DNA of 64,000 nucleotides from Styela clava (GCF_964204865.1 NC_135257.1:7378001-7442000), one strand, 5' to 3'; positions 41,701 through 54,621 are shown, counted from the first letter of the stretch. Notes: generated from the sequence alone by a model not told the origin. Translations and numbers: made by a program.

Positions 41701-41927
41701 ACATATCTCCGTTGAGGTTCTTATATAATTTATACAATAAGTTTGTAAATTAACAGCATGTTATGTTTTAGGGTTATTTTGGATGGCAAATTGCTTTTTG
41801 GATTGCTGCTGCTGCATATCTCTTCGGAGGTTTGGAATTTTGTATATTTGGAACCAATGAAAGACAGGTCTGGAAGAAGCCGAATAACCATCAATCTTCC
41901 GTAATGACAGTGACCGAAAACATATAA
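32774..41927 (+). CDS. SLC17 (sialin/VGLUT/NPT-like) MFS anion transporter, paralog 1
   Basis: Exons ~32774-33002 (RYVLALMGFWG..QNISVAIIEMV), ~33319-33434 (FLWTGSQQGLVLGSYSYG), 33945-34103, ~34702-34789 (WSPPQERSK), ~35096-35182 (LGWKSVFYVTG), 36451-36587 (ETPEKHPRI..EKRYI), ~39836-39982 (IPWLKML..LPTYL), ~40162-40291, ~40373-40459, ~40959-41113 (ISPEFSGIIFG), 41772-41927 (GWQIAFWI..FGTNERQVW). Confidence 0.9.
33559..33622. repeat. imperfect (AT)n microsatellite
   Basis: Direct reading of the ATATATATTA.. tract. Confidence 0.9.
34207..34456. mobile_element. hAT-like MITE
   Basis: Starts CAGTGTTTCTCA, ends ..GGAACACTG; flanks TTTTAGTA / TTCTAGTA are a near-identical 8-bp TSD. Confidence 0.55.
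35545..35850 (-). mobile_element. Helentron-associated (HINE/DINE-1-like) element
   Basis: Terminal palindrome TACTTACCGAT..ATCGATAAGTA at ~35823-35848, adjacent CAGA microsatellite (35791-35807) and an inverted copy of the sub-TIR ACTTATCGAT at ~35579. This is the diagnostic HINE layout. Confidence 0.55.
35977..36348. mobile_element. hAT (Charlie-like) MITE
   Basis: TIR CAGTGCTCTTCAAC / GTTGAAAAGCACTG; perfect 8-bp TSD ATCTATAT. Confidence 0.9.
37193..37667. mobile_element. hAT MITE
   Basis: TIR CAGTGATGAGCTG / CAGCTCACCATTG; perfect 8-bp TSD GGTCTATA. Confidence 0.85.
37800..38190 (-). mobile_element. decayed LINE reverse-transcriptase fragment (CR1/L2/Jockey-type)
   Basis: Minus strand reads SSGVPQGSIIAPTLFVILLND followed, after a frameshift, by IYADES (YADD motif remnant). 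Confidence 0.75.
38201..38610. mobile_element. hAT (Charlie-like) MITE
   Basis: TIR CAGGGGTTCCCAA / TTGGGAACCCCTG; TSD TCTTAGAC / GCTTAGAC; internal GCGACCC repeats. Confidence 0.9.
39283..39328. mobile_element. solitary hAT terminus
   Basis: GGGCCACATGTGGCCCGCGGGCC..TTTGGACCACCCTG; its reverse complement matches the terminus CAGGGTGGTCCAAA at 57142. Confidence 0.6.
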
Positions 41928-42158
41928 TGGATCTTGTTTGTAGCACATCGACAGCCTGTTATTACAGTTAAAAATCGATTACCACTTTCTTGTACTACAT
42001 GTTTAGGAAGGTCATTGCGCCAAAATTTGTGAGCTTCTCACCTGGGCAATGCCGACTGCCAATCACCCCTCGCGTTATGAAAACAGAACTCGAAGTCTGC
42101 CAGCCATGTCATGTAACCGTGAACGTAACAAATATATTGAATTACAAGGTTAAAAAAA

Positions 42159-42256
42159 GGTACTCCCGAAGTTTGCGCACCAAGATGTCGCACAACCCGA
42201 ACCCTAACCTGGTACACAGACTGAGTTCAGGTTGGTGCGCATACTTAAGGAGGCCC
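42159..42256. repeat. hairpin MITE family copy 2
   Basis: Same palindromic arms as 16806-16914. Confidence 0.8.
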
Positions 42257-43449
42257 TAAAAAAATATGAAATGACCGTTAAACCAATCCAGCCAGTCACT
42301 CTAAGACCCAAGTGATTGAATTCAACTGACAGAACGAACAGTAGCAAAAATGCCGCACAAATATTCTATTAAAATCTAGAAACGAACAAAAAGATTCTTT
42401 GCTATGGATGTACGAGGTATATGTTGTACATCTATAGTCAACATTTCATTCTAAGAGTTTTCATCTTTTCTGTTTATTTGCGTGGACTTGAAAATAGTAT
42501 AATATGTATATATATTTAATGTTTGCCACAATTTCACAATTTTGTAATCAGACCAAATTTAACATTGAGGTTAATGTTCCGTGATTTATGACTAAAGATG
42601 AAACAATTTTTCAATATTTGAATGCGTTTTCCAATTTGTTTTAAATTAAAAAAAAATTCATTCCAACATCGGGTTTTGATCGTTCAGCGGATGCGGATAA
42701 ACATAAATCTAGATAAATAAAAATGCAAAGTGTTTGGTATCTATTATTTGCAAGTGTTTGAATTTTGATTTTTGTATATCTAGCCTCTGACTGATCTCCT
42801 ATAGACTTATACCTTTCATACATCTACGAGAATTGTACTTATATACAAGCGGATGGCTCAGATTTTCGAGATTGTTCATCATAACATGTTTAGAGTCGCT
42901 CTCACGCCCCTTCATTCTTGCGTCGGTTGCGACTCATATTACATTCACCAAACTACAATAAGATTACAAATAACAAAAAAACTACAAACCAAAAAAACAG
43001 CCATGAGACCATATAGGACACGAAATACGCGTACCGTTATCGCTAACGTCACGTTGTTCAATGACCACGAGCAAGTCAAAATTAATCAAGGAAAATTCTC
43101 ATGGTGGCACCAAAGTTTGGGATAAAGCAGAGAAACGAGGAAATTCAATAAGTAATGGTTATCTACATAAGATTAGTGCCGTTGTTAAAACAATTTTTTT
43201 TTGTTTCAGCAACGACACGAACAACAACAATAAAAAGCCCCATTGTCCATTTCACGTCCAACATATATATATATACTAAAAGCGCTTTAGGGTACTTTAG
43301 AAATGAGAAATTGCCTACAAATACCTCCTGATATCATACTTCGGGACTTACCTTTCCCGATCATACGGTGTTCCTGAGAGTTTAAAAAAATATCCATTGC
43401 ATTTGTTTCATGTCTAAGAAACCGTTGCATTTATTTTACATAATATAAG

Positions 43450-45435
43450 AAACTTGCGCAATTGCATTGTCGATTGCCGCAAGATGTCACAATCTTACGA
43501 TTATTATTATTATATATATATACTGGGTTTTCGTCTTAGTTTGACCTGTCAATTTTCTGGTATTTTTCGTATTGAAAATGAATGTTTGCAAGATATGATG
43601 GCGTGATAGATCCGGGCAATCAGCTGATTATCAGCTGCAAAACAGCTGGTCAGCATGAACCTCAGTCACGTTTACAGACCATTTATGAGGTGATTTGCGA
43701 AATTGCATCAACGTGATGCGTTTGAAAGCTAAAGTAAAACATCGAACCCGCTCAACTCACTATTAAAACGGTGCAAAATTTAAATAGAATGATTGATAAT
43801 AGAATGTCATTAATTTAAATATTACATCTTGCGAAATAGTCGGTTAGTTGCGCAATTTGTGCAACTGAGTTTAAATTGAAATTACAAATTATTTAGAATA
43901 CGGTTTAAAAAACGTAGATTAGGGAGATAAAAGAACCCAAACGTTGCTTGCGCATTGCACACATATGCAGAGTTAAGTTTGAGTGCAAAAATCTGAAAAA
44001 TTGATTGAACTATCAATAGAAAATTTTATATATATGCAAGTTTACATCGTGTTGTTTTTCTATGAAAATATTTACCGCTGCATTCAATTTTTCCGTGATT
44101 GCCATCACTTAGTATTATTTGAATGCAATGCAATAAAGCTAATATCGGGCCGTCGACAAAGAGTCGTATGTTTTGAAAGCCCTTTTCAAGTTCATCGAAG
44201 AAACCACATTTTGGATTTGTTGGTAAATTCACTGCATTTGGTAAATAAATTCACAAGGTTACGCGTTAAAATTTACAAAATTTATATGAAATGAAATCAG
44301 CTTCTATAATTCTAGAAGTTATACAGGGTCGCCCAAATAAACATTTAATGAACTGATTGAGTGTTGGCATTCATATTCATCAATATTTGTGATAAATAGA
44401 ATAGTGATATATATGCATACAAGTAGATCCGTTTAAACCAAGACTTCTTAAACAAACTTAGCAAACGTTCGATATTTCTAATTGCGTCGAAACAATTAAA
44501 ATTTCAAATTTGACTAAAAAATACAAAGATAAAATACTAAACTAAACGCTTGTACGCTTTCGACTGTTTCTTGAAATGCGGCTATAATTATGCCGCTATA
44601 TCGTGACACAAACAGCTGATCGGATTGCACTGAAAATTGCAACATTTTCTTGCTCGTTTGACAGGCTCAAAGGAGTTCAAAATCGATACACATTTGCACA
44701 AGTTAACATTCCGTGTGAGATTCGCATGCAATTCATCATGTTGAAGTGTTGTTCCGCAATGCCCATGCTTAGTCCAAAATATCAAATTTTCCTGACACAG
44801 ACAGATTTATAATTGCACATGAACTTGCATGAATTATGGTACCCCCGGATAGCAGTCATGCAAACTTGCTGCAAAATTGGATATTGCATAACTTCAATAT
44901 TGCGAAATAGCATATGACAGGATTCGTTAAGCTGTGATTTATTGATTTATCAAATAATACTGTGCGTTTAGCAGAAATAGTAATGAGACGATATGTACTG
45001 ATTTACATGCAACTTTGCAGTTGCTGGCATGCTTTCCTAACAACCCTACAGCATAGGAGTAGCAGGAAAGCAAAATTTTGGTAGTATTTTTTCAAAATAA
45101 CTGTAAATTATTATTTTCACACAACCGAATATGACATCACTAACGAATGTAAAAATGAATGCAAATCTAAATTAGATTTGGGTTTGTTGGAAGCCTTGTG
45201 AATTGCGATGAATGTATCATATTAATTAAAAAGAATATGTAAAAATTACGCCACCAACTAATACGCATCATATCAAAATATTCACTTTCTAAATTATGAA
45301 AAAGATCACTGACCATTAAAATTTAACTTGGAAGAACGCGTTGTGTTGCGAAACAATCACTACCAGTGTTTTGCAAAACTATTTTAAAACAGAATTTTGC
45401 AAAGAGAACTGCAGCGAAATGTCACGTTGCAAAAT
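43450..45435 (+). promoter_or_regulatory. cluster of C/EBP-type TTGCnnAA motifs upstream of the SOUL gene
   Basis: Matches at 43454, 43695, 43829, 43848, 43857, 44694, 44884, 44900, 45346, 45369/45371, 45395, 45427; TATA-like TATAAATATAAG at ~45590. Confidence 0.55.
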
Positions 45436-45686
45436 TTTGTTTTGATGAACAAATGCCAAAACCTGACCCTTCAAATGCATAGATGGAAGTTACGAAATAT
45501 GTCAAACACGACGCCGGGAGCTTCATCATCGCAGCCAAATGTTTCAGAGAAAACGTGCAGCCGTGATATTTAAATATCATACAAAACAGTATAAATATAA
45601 GGACTGAAAGCAACTTATTCAACACAAGATTTCTATTCAAAGAGATAGTAGTCTGAAAACAACTACCTACTTGATAAGAAAAATCC

Positions 45687-46933
45687 ATGATGATGTTTAA
45701 GGTAACACTTATCTGTGCCCTTCTCGGGTGTGTCTTCGGACGTCAATACAAAATAGTCGCGGAGAGTGAGATTGATATCCAAGGAATGAAAGATCGAGTA
45801 TCCTACTTCGACAAATCGTGGCGTGACATCTTCAACGAAAAACAGCTTCACAGACAACCAAAATGGAAGATTGTTGAGAATGATACCGAACACAAATCGT
45901 ACGAAGTTCGTCAATACGACGAAGCCTGGTAAGCATTGTAGTCATTCGTCCGAACGCAAAAATATTTGCGTACGAAATGATATCTGTTAAAATAGGATGT
46001 ATTGTTTTGATAGTTCGAAAACATCGCTAAGGACTACACAACTCTTTCAATATTTCTGGCTTATGTCAGTGAGTGTATTTAACGTATCCAATATCTCAGC
46101 TAATCTCAAGAAATATACTAATACTAAAGTAATAACTACTAAACTAAAACGTTTTATAGTATGTATTATTTTACTTCCGCAGATTTAATATTTGTATTAA
46201 AGTATTCCAATATGAAAGCTTTGTTTTGTTTAGATTTTTATTCAGTGCTGCATTCAGGCATTGGTATTACAATTTACATATTTCTAGGTTTGTGTCTTCA
46301 CACACTCCCTGTCTGAATCAGAGCGAATCTGCCGCTGATGGTTACGTTCGCCTTTACATCTTCATGGACATCAACAATGTAAAGCACCCAAACCAATATC
46401 CTCTTACCTACCCGATCTTGTCAAAGGTTGAATTGGGAGCTGAAGCCATTGATCGTCATATCAAAACCAGTGGCGATAACGTCCGCGTTTCTGAAACCGA
46501 CAAAGAACAGGTTTCAGCAAACAAACCCGTTGAATATGTCGTCGGCAATGAGCGCATCCGGTATACACCCCAGCACAAAACCCCGATCGTCGATGGCAAA
46601 GCTAAAGATTTGAAGAGTATCTGTCCTGACCGTTTCTCTCAGCAATTTTACCTTCCAATCCCAGTAACCCAAACCCCACCCAAACCCTCTGATGTTAGCA
46701 TCTCTACTGATTTAGTCCCAAAACGCACTTACTTTGTTCGCCGATACGCTGACGAGTTTACTCACGAAAGTCAGAGAAATTGCAACCTCCAGGCTGGTCT
46801 ACTCGCCCGCACTTTGGCACTCTCTGGTGTTCGATTCAACCCACGCTCATATTATTGCGCTATGTACGAACCAGGTACTAGTGACGTCACAGCCCATTTC
46901 GAAGTTTGGTTTGAAGCCGTGAATGAAATGTAA
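45687..46933 (+). CDS. secreted SOUL/heme-binding protein (HEBP2-like), 2 exons (45687-45928, 46288-46933)
   Basis: Signal-peptide-like MMMFKVTLICALLGCVFG. SOUL motifs: PKWKIVE..SYEVRQYDEAWFVS, GYVRLYIFM..N, PLTYPI, FYLP..TPPKPSDVSI, YFVRRY, YYCAMYEP..EVWF. GT-AG intron restores a Trp codon; AATAAA at ~47124. Confidence 0.9.
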
Positions 46934-48061
46934 CTCTGATTGTGGAGGAAAAAAAGGAAAAAAAATTATCATTTTATCATATCATTTTTAGAGCAATGGA
47001 ACAAATGCAGCTGTTACCTAAATTTACCTTTTCACAAATTAAGATTGCAGAAAGTTAGTTAGTTTAATATTGAGCAGATTTGCCTATTAAATTTGAATTT
47101 ATGCTTTTTCAAACATTTCATTCAATAAAAGTCATTTCATGCATTCCTTCTCCATGTATTTGCCAGCATTAGAAATTGTTTGTCTATTTCAACACAGCTT
47201 AGTCCGTCGAGTTATGTCACATTTTAGAGTATTATAAAATATATATTTCATTGGTCTTGATTTCAGAACTAATCATAAAAAGAAAGTGATACTTTGTAAT
47301 GGGTGAGCATTATGTTTGATTGGCCAGAATACAGCACCATTTTCCAGACCATAATTTTACTCACTCGCCCATAAAACATAGTTTTTAAGTATAATCGATA
47401 AATGTAAAAACTGTTCGTTTTTTTAGAAGCGATTCGACGATATTTAACAATATAGTTTGGAACTTTTCTGTTACTTATTTTTCGAATAAATATATACGGT
47501 ATCTTTATGAGCTAAAAATATAACATTCTGAAAAAATTGTTAATCGCCAAAGTCCAACAGAACGTTCATTGCTCCGGGGCACCACCAATCTGAAGCTGTC
47601 ATTTATCACAAATTGCCATCGACACCTATTCTTTGCAAATGAATTATATTTTAGCTACTTGTCGCAGTTCAACCATACACTAGATTCGGTATAAAAGTAG
47701 TTTACTGATATTTAAATTTAAATAAAAACAAATATCGACTGTACAGGTATATTAGGCAATTTTTATAAACAGTATTCTTTCTACCCAGTGTAAATTTTTT
47801 TCCAGTTTCAGGCGGGATCATCTAAATCAACTGTTTTGAAAAAGCATACTTTTTTTGAAGGGGTTAGATAGTATTTTTAAAGGGGCGCATCCTTTTTTAA
47901 AAGAAACCTATCATTTTCACAGTAGGCATAACTGATTCAGAAAGTACATTGCATTTAGAAGGACCAAGGCATTTTTACAAAGATCATACGCATAGATTAT
48001 TTACGAGTGGCATATTAAGAGCGGGCATAGCGTTTTACCTTACAAAAGACACGATCTATCA

Positions 48062-48507
48062 CAGTGGTTCCCAGCCACCGTACCGCAGCACATTAGTGTG
48101 CCACGGAATAACTATTGGTGTGCCGCGAAAAAATATCATTTTCGATATCATTCCAAGTGATTTCAATAGACAGTTGAAAGTTAGCATATCGTCTTACAAA
48201 CGCGCATTTTAATTTAAAACTTAGAAAGAAGATGAGAGTGAACTAAGCTGCTCAGGTTTTTAGTTATACTGTCAGCCAAGCACTGAAAACGTTTTTTCAC
48301 CTTGCCGTGAATCTTCTCTGCGACTGTTTATTTACATTCTCTGGATTAAATCAACTATGTCGCTGATACTTGGTTCGCAGGCTTGTTTTATAGCAAAATG
48401 ACTTTATGACTATGAGTAGAAAATATTCATGTTTTGTGATAGGTGTGCCGCGGAAATTTGAAGAGTTCAATGGTGTGCCGCGATATAAAAAAGGTCGGGA
48501 ACCACTG
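48062..48507. mobile_element. hAT (Charlie-like) MITE
   Basis: TIR CAGTGGTTCCCAGCC / GGTCGGGAACCACTG; TSD ATCTATCA / ATCTATTA; internal GTGTGCCGCG repeats. Confidence 0.9.
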
Positions 48508-50092
48508 ATCTATTAGAATGGGTATAATGGTTCACATAAGTCTATAGCGGGAATAAACACGATTTTTAAATAGCGGGTAATGAATTTTTCAAAGCTCGGG
48601 CTTTGCATGCAAGTTTAAAATTGCATACATACAAATATAAAATCGAAAAAGCGTTACAGTTTATTTGCGGGAATATTTGCAAGGAAAATTCGTAAGGCTT
48701 GTGCCCAAATTTACATTCAACCATAGCAATAGCGCTATTATTGGCTGAAACATCCAAATTTAGTGTTAGTGTTGTAGTAAAAATTGTCAGAATATAGTTA
48801 CGATTTTTATCGGGCCATCAATATGATTGAATTTGTTCAAATTCATCAAATTACGGATTCGTTCGCAAATGACTATGGAGTAAAAAACTGTATCATCTGT
48901 GGTATAAGACATTGCCGAATCAAGCCACCCAACAAAACGTAAAAAGTATTTAGGGGGTCCATTTACTAAACTTCGCGGAAAGTCAGGCTAACGAACACGG
49001 TCTCCCAAAAACGCAATAGCGAAAAGTATTAGAATTCATTTACAGAGGATCTCGTACTGACACAAAACGGTCAACATACAAGTGGGGTGTCACGGAACAT
49101 GTCAATATTTATTGTTCGTTGATGTAGAGTTGGTGTAAATTATAAACAGTCGAATTAAAAGAAACAACGGCCCGGGTTTATCCCACCGTCTCACCATAAC
49201 CAAACAAAATGTAAACATTGTAATATCGGTCATACGATAACGAAAATGTATCAGACAGTACTACAGTACAAACAAATGCAAAGCGTCTCACTTGTTTCAT
49301 AATCACTCGGGCACAGTTATTATCAAACCCTTATACCACGACCTAACTACATCTTCTATATTTAAGCAGTAAAGCCGATCGTAACGATTTTATGAGATCG
49401 GTGCCAGGCTCGACACCAAGATCAGTGAGTTCACACTTTCTGTTGTATATGGCTGTTGCATTTGTGACCACATATAAATTGAGGGTTCAAACAAGGAGAA
49501 AGGGAATTAGCGCGAGTGTATGATAATTACTGACAAATAAAGACTCAAATTTGACGTAATCAGGGGTGCATTTAGGTTTACATATGAAAGTTATTTTATT
49601 AAGCTTTTTTTTTTTGAAAAGTCTTCACTGGCTCAAACCAAATGCGACAAACTTACTGAGAAGTACAAGTACAACTTCAATGTCAATATGCGTCAAATGA
49701 AGACAGATCAGTATATATATTTAAGAAAAATCCCCAGTATTGGTAGCAACCAAAAAGCAAATCAGGACTAAAAGCTGGAAACGCCAGAAATTATTGTTGA
49801 GATATAAAGTTATTTAATTTTGATTACAACCAGCAAACTTAAAATCAATGAACAACCAGCGAATCATGTTTGCAGTTTTTAATGGTTAGTTTATTCAGTA
49901 GAAAAAAAAGGAAGTATTTCATTTCTATCGTCAATTACATCAAAAACAGATTACACTTAATACAGCTTACAACGATTGCATGCTGAAAAACAGCTAATTC
50001 AGTTGCAAAATGTGAAGATTCAGAACAAAAAATATGTGATGTGAAATTGAATTTTTTATTTATATATTAAATATCATTGCAGATAGTAGACT

Positions 50093-53000
50093 ATGATGCC
50101 AAAACAACTGCAAGTTCGTTATGTGTTTGCCGTGTTTGCATTTATGGGAACCTTCAATCTTTACGCTCTACGTCTTAATCTCAGCGTCGCGATAGTTGAT
50201 ATGGTCGATTTTGACAATGAAAGGTCAGGAAATATATCAAATATTGGTTCGCACAACGAAACAAACATGACAATAACTGAAACAACTACTGTCCAAGGTG
50301 ATAATGAACAAAGTAGAATTTTTTATCTGATTATTTTACGTGCAGTTCGCAGACTTAAAATAATTGTATGTATATGATATTTGAGACGCGTATACTGTAA
50401 GTATGTACTTTTTTTGGCGCTCCGGTAGTATGTGCACCAAGATGGCGCACAACCTGAACACTAACCTAGTACACATACTATGTTCAGGTTGTGCGCCATC
50501 TTGGTGCACATACTACGGGTGCACCCTTTTTTTAGATGTAAGCTTTCAAGTACAGTCCCATCCTTTTTGTGTCGCATGGTAGTGTTGTCTATACAGCGAT
50601 ACAATCATTTAAATAGAATGGCTTGGACAATTGGTGGGATCACATCAATGAAGTTCACTTACTTAAGATAATTTATTACTTTATACTGTTCTTTCTATGT
50701 TCTTTAAGTGACATAATACTCAGTGATAGGTTCAATGGCATAGTAATAGGATATAAATCTTAAATTCGAAAATGTCGAAACTTCCAAGTTTTAAAAATTA
50801 CATTTCATAATCTCAGATTATCCGTCGGAAGGAAATAAGTTCATTTGGAATGAAAATCAACAAGGATTGCTTCTTAGTGCATACTTTTATGGATACATGG
50901 TAACGCAGGTAAACAACACCACCAAAAATGTATATAAACATATTTTCGTCGAGGCAAGACAAGTTTACGGAATCATGACGATAATTTTGAGTTACTTAGA
51001 TAAAAAAAAAACATTATGTATTTTGTCTTACAATATGTGTTATATTTTTCTGTGATGGAAGTTATGACCGAATGAATATGTTGCAACAACTATTACCAAA
51101 TTTCAATAGTCCCATTGAATACAACTCCCACCCTTTACAACGTACATTTTGTCTGTAAGAATAATTCACTGTAAACATTTAACTAGTCGAAAATTGTCGA
51201 ATTTGCTCAAAGCAACGTCACAGTGAGAGTACCTAATATCCGTGAAGTTGTACTGAAACTACATTGTGTTATGGCGGTGCGTCAGTAACTACAGACTGCG
51301 TTAGTAAGTACACACTGGTGAAAGTCTTGAAGCAGTTTGCAAGTCGTTATGATCAGTAAACCAGCAATGGAGTAGAGAATTCCATATAGCTGAAATTCTT
51401 GAGGAAAGGAGCATTTGTATTTAGTTCGGTATTTTTTAATTACGCATCACAAAATGTCGTATCATAGCAGTAAATAACAAAGTCAGCAATGTAATAACAT
51501 GAGCTTTATTACAAAGGTTCCTGGAGCTTATCTCGGAAGAATATTTGGACGAGTTCGAGTTTTGGGAGGATGTGTTGTCGGTTCATCAACATTGACGTTA
51601 CTTTTTCCTGTTGTAGCTAAAAACCTGGAACTCGGATCCGTAGTCGCAATTCGTGTGCTTGTAGGAGTATTATCGGTGAGTAATATCTGACTTATAAATA
51701 TATCTATACAAATTTAGTTAGTGGATTGCCTCAGCAAAATGTAAGACAATTTGTTATAGAAGTGCTGAAAATATTTTTCTGCAAACAAAAATATAGCAAT
51801 AACAATACACAACGCTTAGAATAACATAAATTATCTGTACTATAATAATGGGCGGTTAACTATTATAATACTTTTTTTTCATTCACGAATAATTTTGGCA
51901 TATTTTCTAAAATTACTCCAATACTTACTAAGTACAATAATTTGACGGTTTTGCATTCATTTATTCCATACAGGGCGTGACAATGCCCATCCTATTTGCA
52001 ACAACTTCAGCTTGGGCACCTTTGTCTGAAAGAAGCAAATTGATATCGATATTGTTCGCAGGTATGATTGATCAATTGACATCCAATTTCTAGTTGTTCT
52101 TCCTAACTTGAGCCTTTCGGAGTTTGCTCAAGTTGAATAATTTCGATATATTTATCAGGAATTCCTACCGGGACTTGCATCATTCTCCCAGTAGCAGGTT
52201 TGCTCGCAGATGCTTATGGTTGGGAATCGGTGTTTTACGCGACCGGTAAGTATTCAAACTGATCATTAAAACTGCATATATGAAACTATGACTGTTATCT
52301 TCCAGGCAGAAAATATCATCACATCACGTAGAATCGTTTCGTAGAATCGTAGAACTTGATATATGCCTTTGTATATATAACATTTTCTCTTTGTTCGGAA
52401 GGTTTGTTTGGGTTATTGTGGGCAATACCGTGGCTCATTTTCATTTACGATTCTCCCCAAGATCACCCGCGAGTTTCAGCTGTAGAAAAACGATTAATTA
52501 TGGGATCAAAAGATGAGATGATACAAAATAAGAAACATAAGGTTAGATTAATACATTTTTTTTTTAGATATAATCTACTTCTATATACATCAATACGGAA
52601 AATCGCTAGTAATGCCAAATATTTAGCTTTGAGAAAAAGATGTCTGTTTAGGACCCCAAGATGAGTTACAAATACGAAACCATGGTTCACGAGCACGTAA
52701 CTGGGTCTATAAAAACTCAATAGCGAAATCTCCTATGTACGATTCATGAAGTATCTCGTAAACACTTGACGCACGGTCGAATACATTCTTTTCTTACGTA
52801 CGATCGTCGTTGAATAAAACCGTTGTCTGATCAATCAGTCGTCTCACTGGCTTTTTCATGCAGTAAGTAAACACCAAAACTTATACATTTAATCCCTGTT
52901 AAGAACATGCCGAATTGCCAGCAATGAAAATTTTAGCCTCGTTATTTTGCGAGCGCCACAGAGTGTTAAAATAAGTTGGCGAATGCCAATTTCTAGATAA

Positions 53001-54621
53001 ACTGTTAGAGGAAAGGATTTTACTAGACGTCCGATTTAGCTCGAGAAAAATTCTCTCGATTATTTACGATGTTTAGGAAATGTCATTTTAATTTGAAAAC
53101 GAAAGTTGGTGCTTTAATAGCACGTTGAATGTTAACGAAGTTAAGCGAATAGGCCCTAGATTACAATCTGTCTCTATTTTATAGCGTCCCGTTCCTTGGC
53201 TTTCAATGATAACGTCAGGAGCATGGGCTTGTCTGGCATTCACCCATTTTTCAAGTTTGTTTGGAAAATATCTGTTGATGACAATGTTGCCAAGTTATTT
53301 GAAGACCGTATTGAACTTCAATGTTAAAGCGGTAAGAATTGAAATTGTATTCATATGCATACATCTCGAAATACCCCAAGTGTTGCACGAAACTTTGATA
53401 AATTCTAAAGTTAATTTATAGTATATTTACAGTATATTTATAGTTTATAAAATTTATACGACTGCCATACCCCTAAATTTAATATTTACCCCATTCGCTT
53501 TGAAACAAATGACAATGGCATATTATTTACTTCTATTCTTCAGAGTGGTGTTTTGAGTTCCATTCCATTTATGCTTGGTGCACTGTTGCTCTTTGTCTCT
53601 GGACCACTGGCGGATTGCCTCATCGCAAAGGATATTAAATCAATTTATGTCAGAAAATCACTAACTACAATTGGTATTTATTTCACAACATTATATATTC
53701 AGTTTATATACAACATATATATGTAAAGAGCTAGAGTTTGGCATTCGGTATTACTGAATTGAATAGAAAATGCTATATTTCATCATTTTATATTGAAGAA
53801 TTCTTGAAAAACTAGAAAAATTTGCGATAAAATTATATTTTAAGATATTTTAGATCGGTCCTATCAATAATCTAATAAGTCTCCTATAGTAAAAACGACT
53901 AAGTATTGCAAAATTCCAGAGAAACGAATGGATCATCCAAGTCAAGTATTCAATGCAGTAAATAAATAATTATTTTTTTTTTTAAATATCCTTCAATTGA
54001 TCAAGATTAACGATGTATTATACACAGGGCTTTTGACATCAAGCATATCAATAAGTATTGTCACTTACATTGGACCAAGTGTACCAGCAGCCATGACACT
54101 ATTCACTCTATCAGGTACGATTGATTGATTGTTATTTGAAAGGTTCCAGTTTAACGAATAATAACAATAAAATAGAAAAATTATGTGTAAATAGGTGTGT
54201 CCGTTTTTCAGTTGCCATGGACTCGCTGGTGGTGCCAGGATTTAAGGCATGTATTATGGAAATAACGCCAGAATTCAGTGGAATAGCTTATGGTCTGAGT
54301 AACACGGTGTCAACGCTTAGTGGGATAATCGCTCCACAAATAACAGGATTTTTACGTCAGAAATATGTACGTCGAGCATGTTTTATTATCAAACTTCCAC
54401 TTGCACAACTGAACACGATTTACGACAGTATTTTGTTTTAGGATGAAGATCCAATTACTGGATGGAGAGTTTCATTCTGGATTGGTGGAGCTATATATTT
54501 TCTTGGTGCAATGGTTTTCTTAATCTTTGGTACAAACAAGAAGCAACCGTGGTCTTATGAGTCGGGTGAAGGAAACGAAAAAGGAAAAGAGGAAGAATTG
54601 TGCGAATTAAATCCAAAATAA
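50093..54621 (+). CDS. SLC17 (sialin-like) MFS anion transporter, paralog 2
   Basis: Exons ~50093-50297/50312 (RYVFAVFAFMGTFNLYALRLNLSVAIVDMV), 50817-50908 (WNENQQGLLLSAYFYGYMVTQ), 51517-51675, 51974-52061 (WAPLSERSKL), ~52159-52245 (GWESVFY), ~52402-52541 (DSPQDHPRVS..EK), ~53185-53331, ~53545-53673, ~54028-54114, ~54211-54366, 54442-54621. Intron positions match paralog 1. Confidence 0.92.
50416..50526. repeat. hairpin MITE family copy 3
   Basis: GTAGTATGTGCACCAAGATGGCGCACAACCTGAACA ... TGTTCAGGTTGTGCGCCATCTTGGTGCACATACTAC, near-perfect hairpin. Confidence 0.85.
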
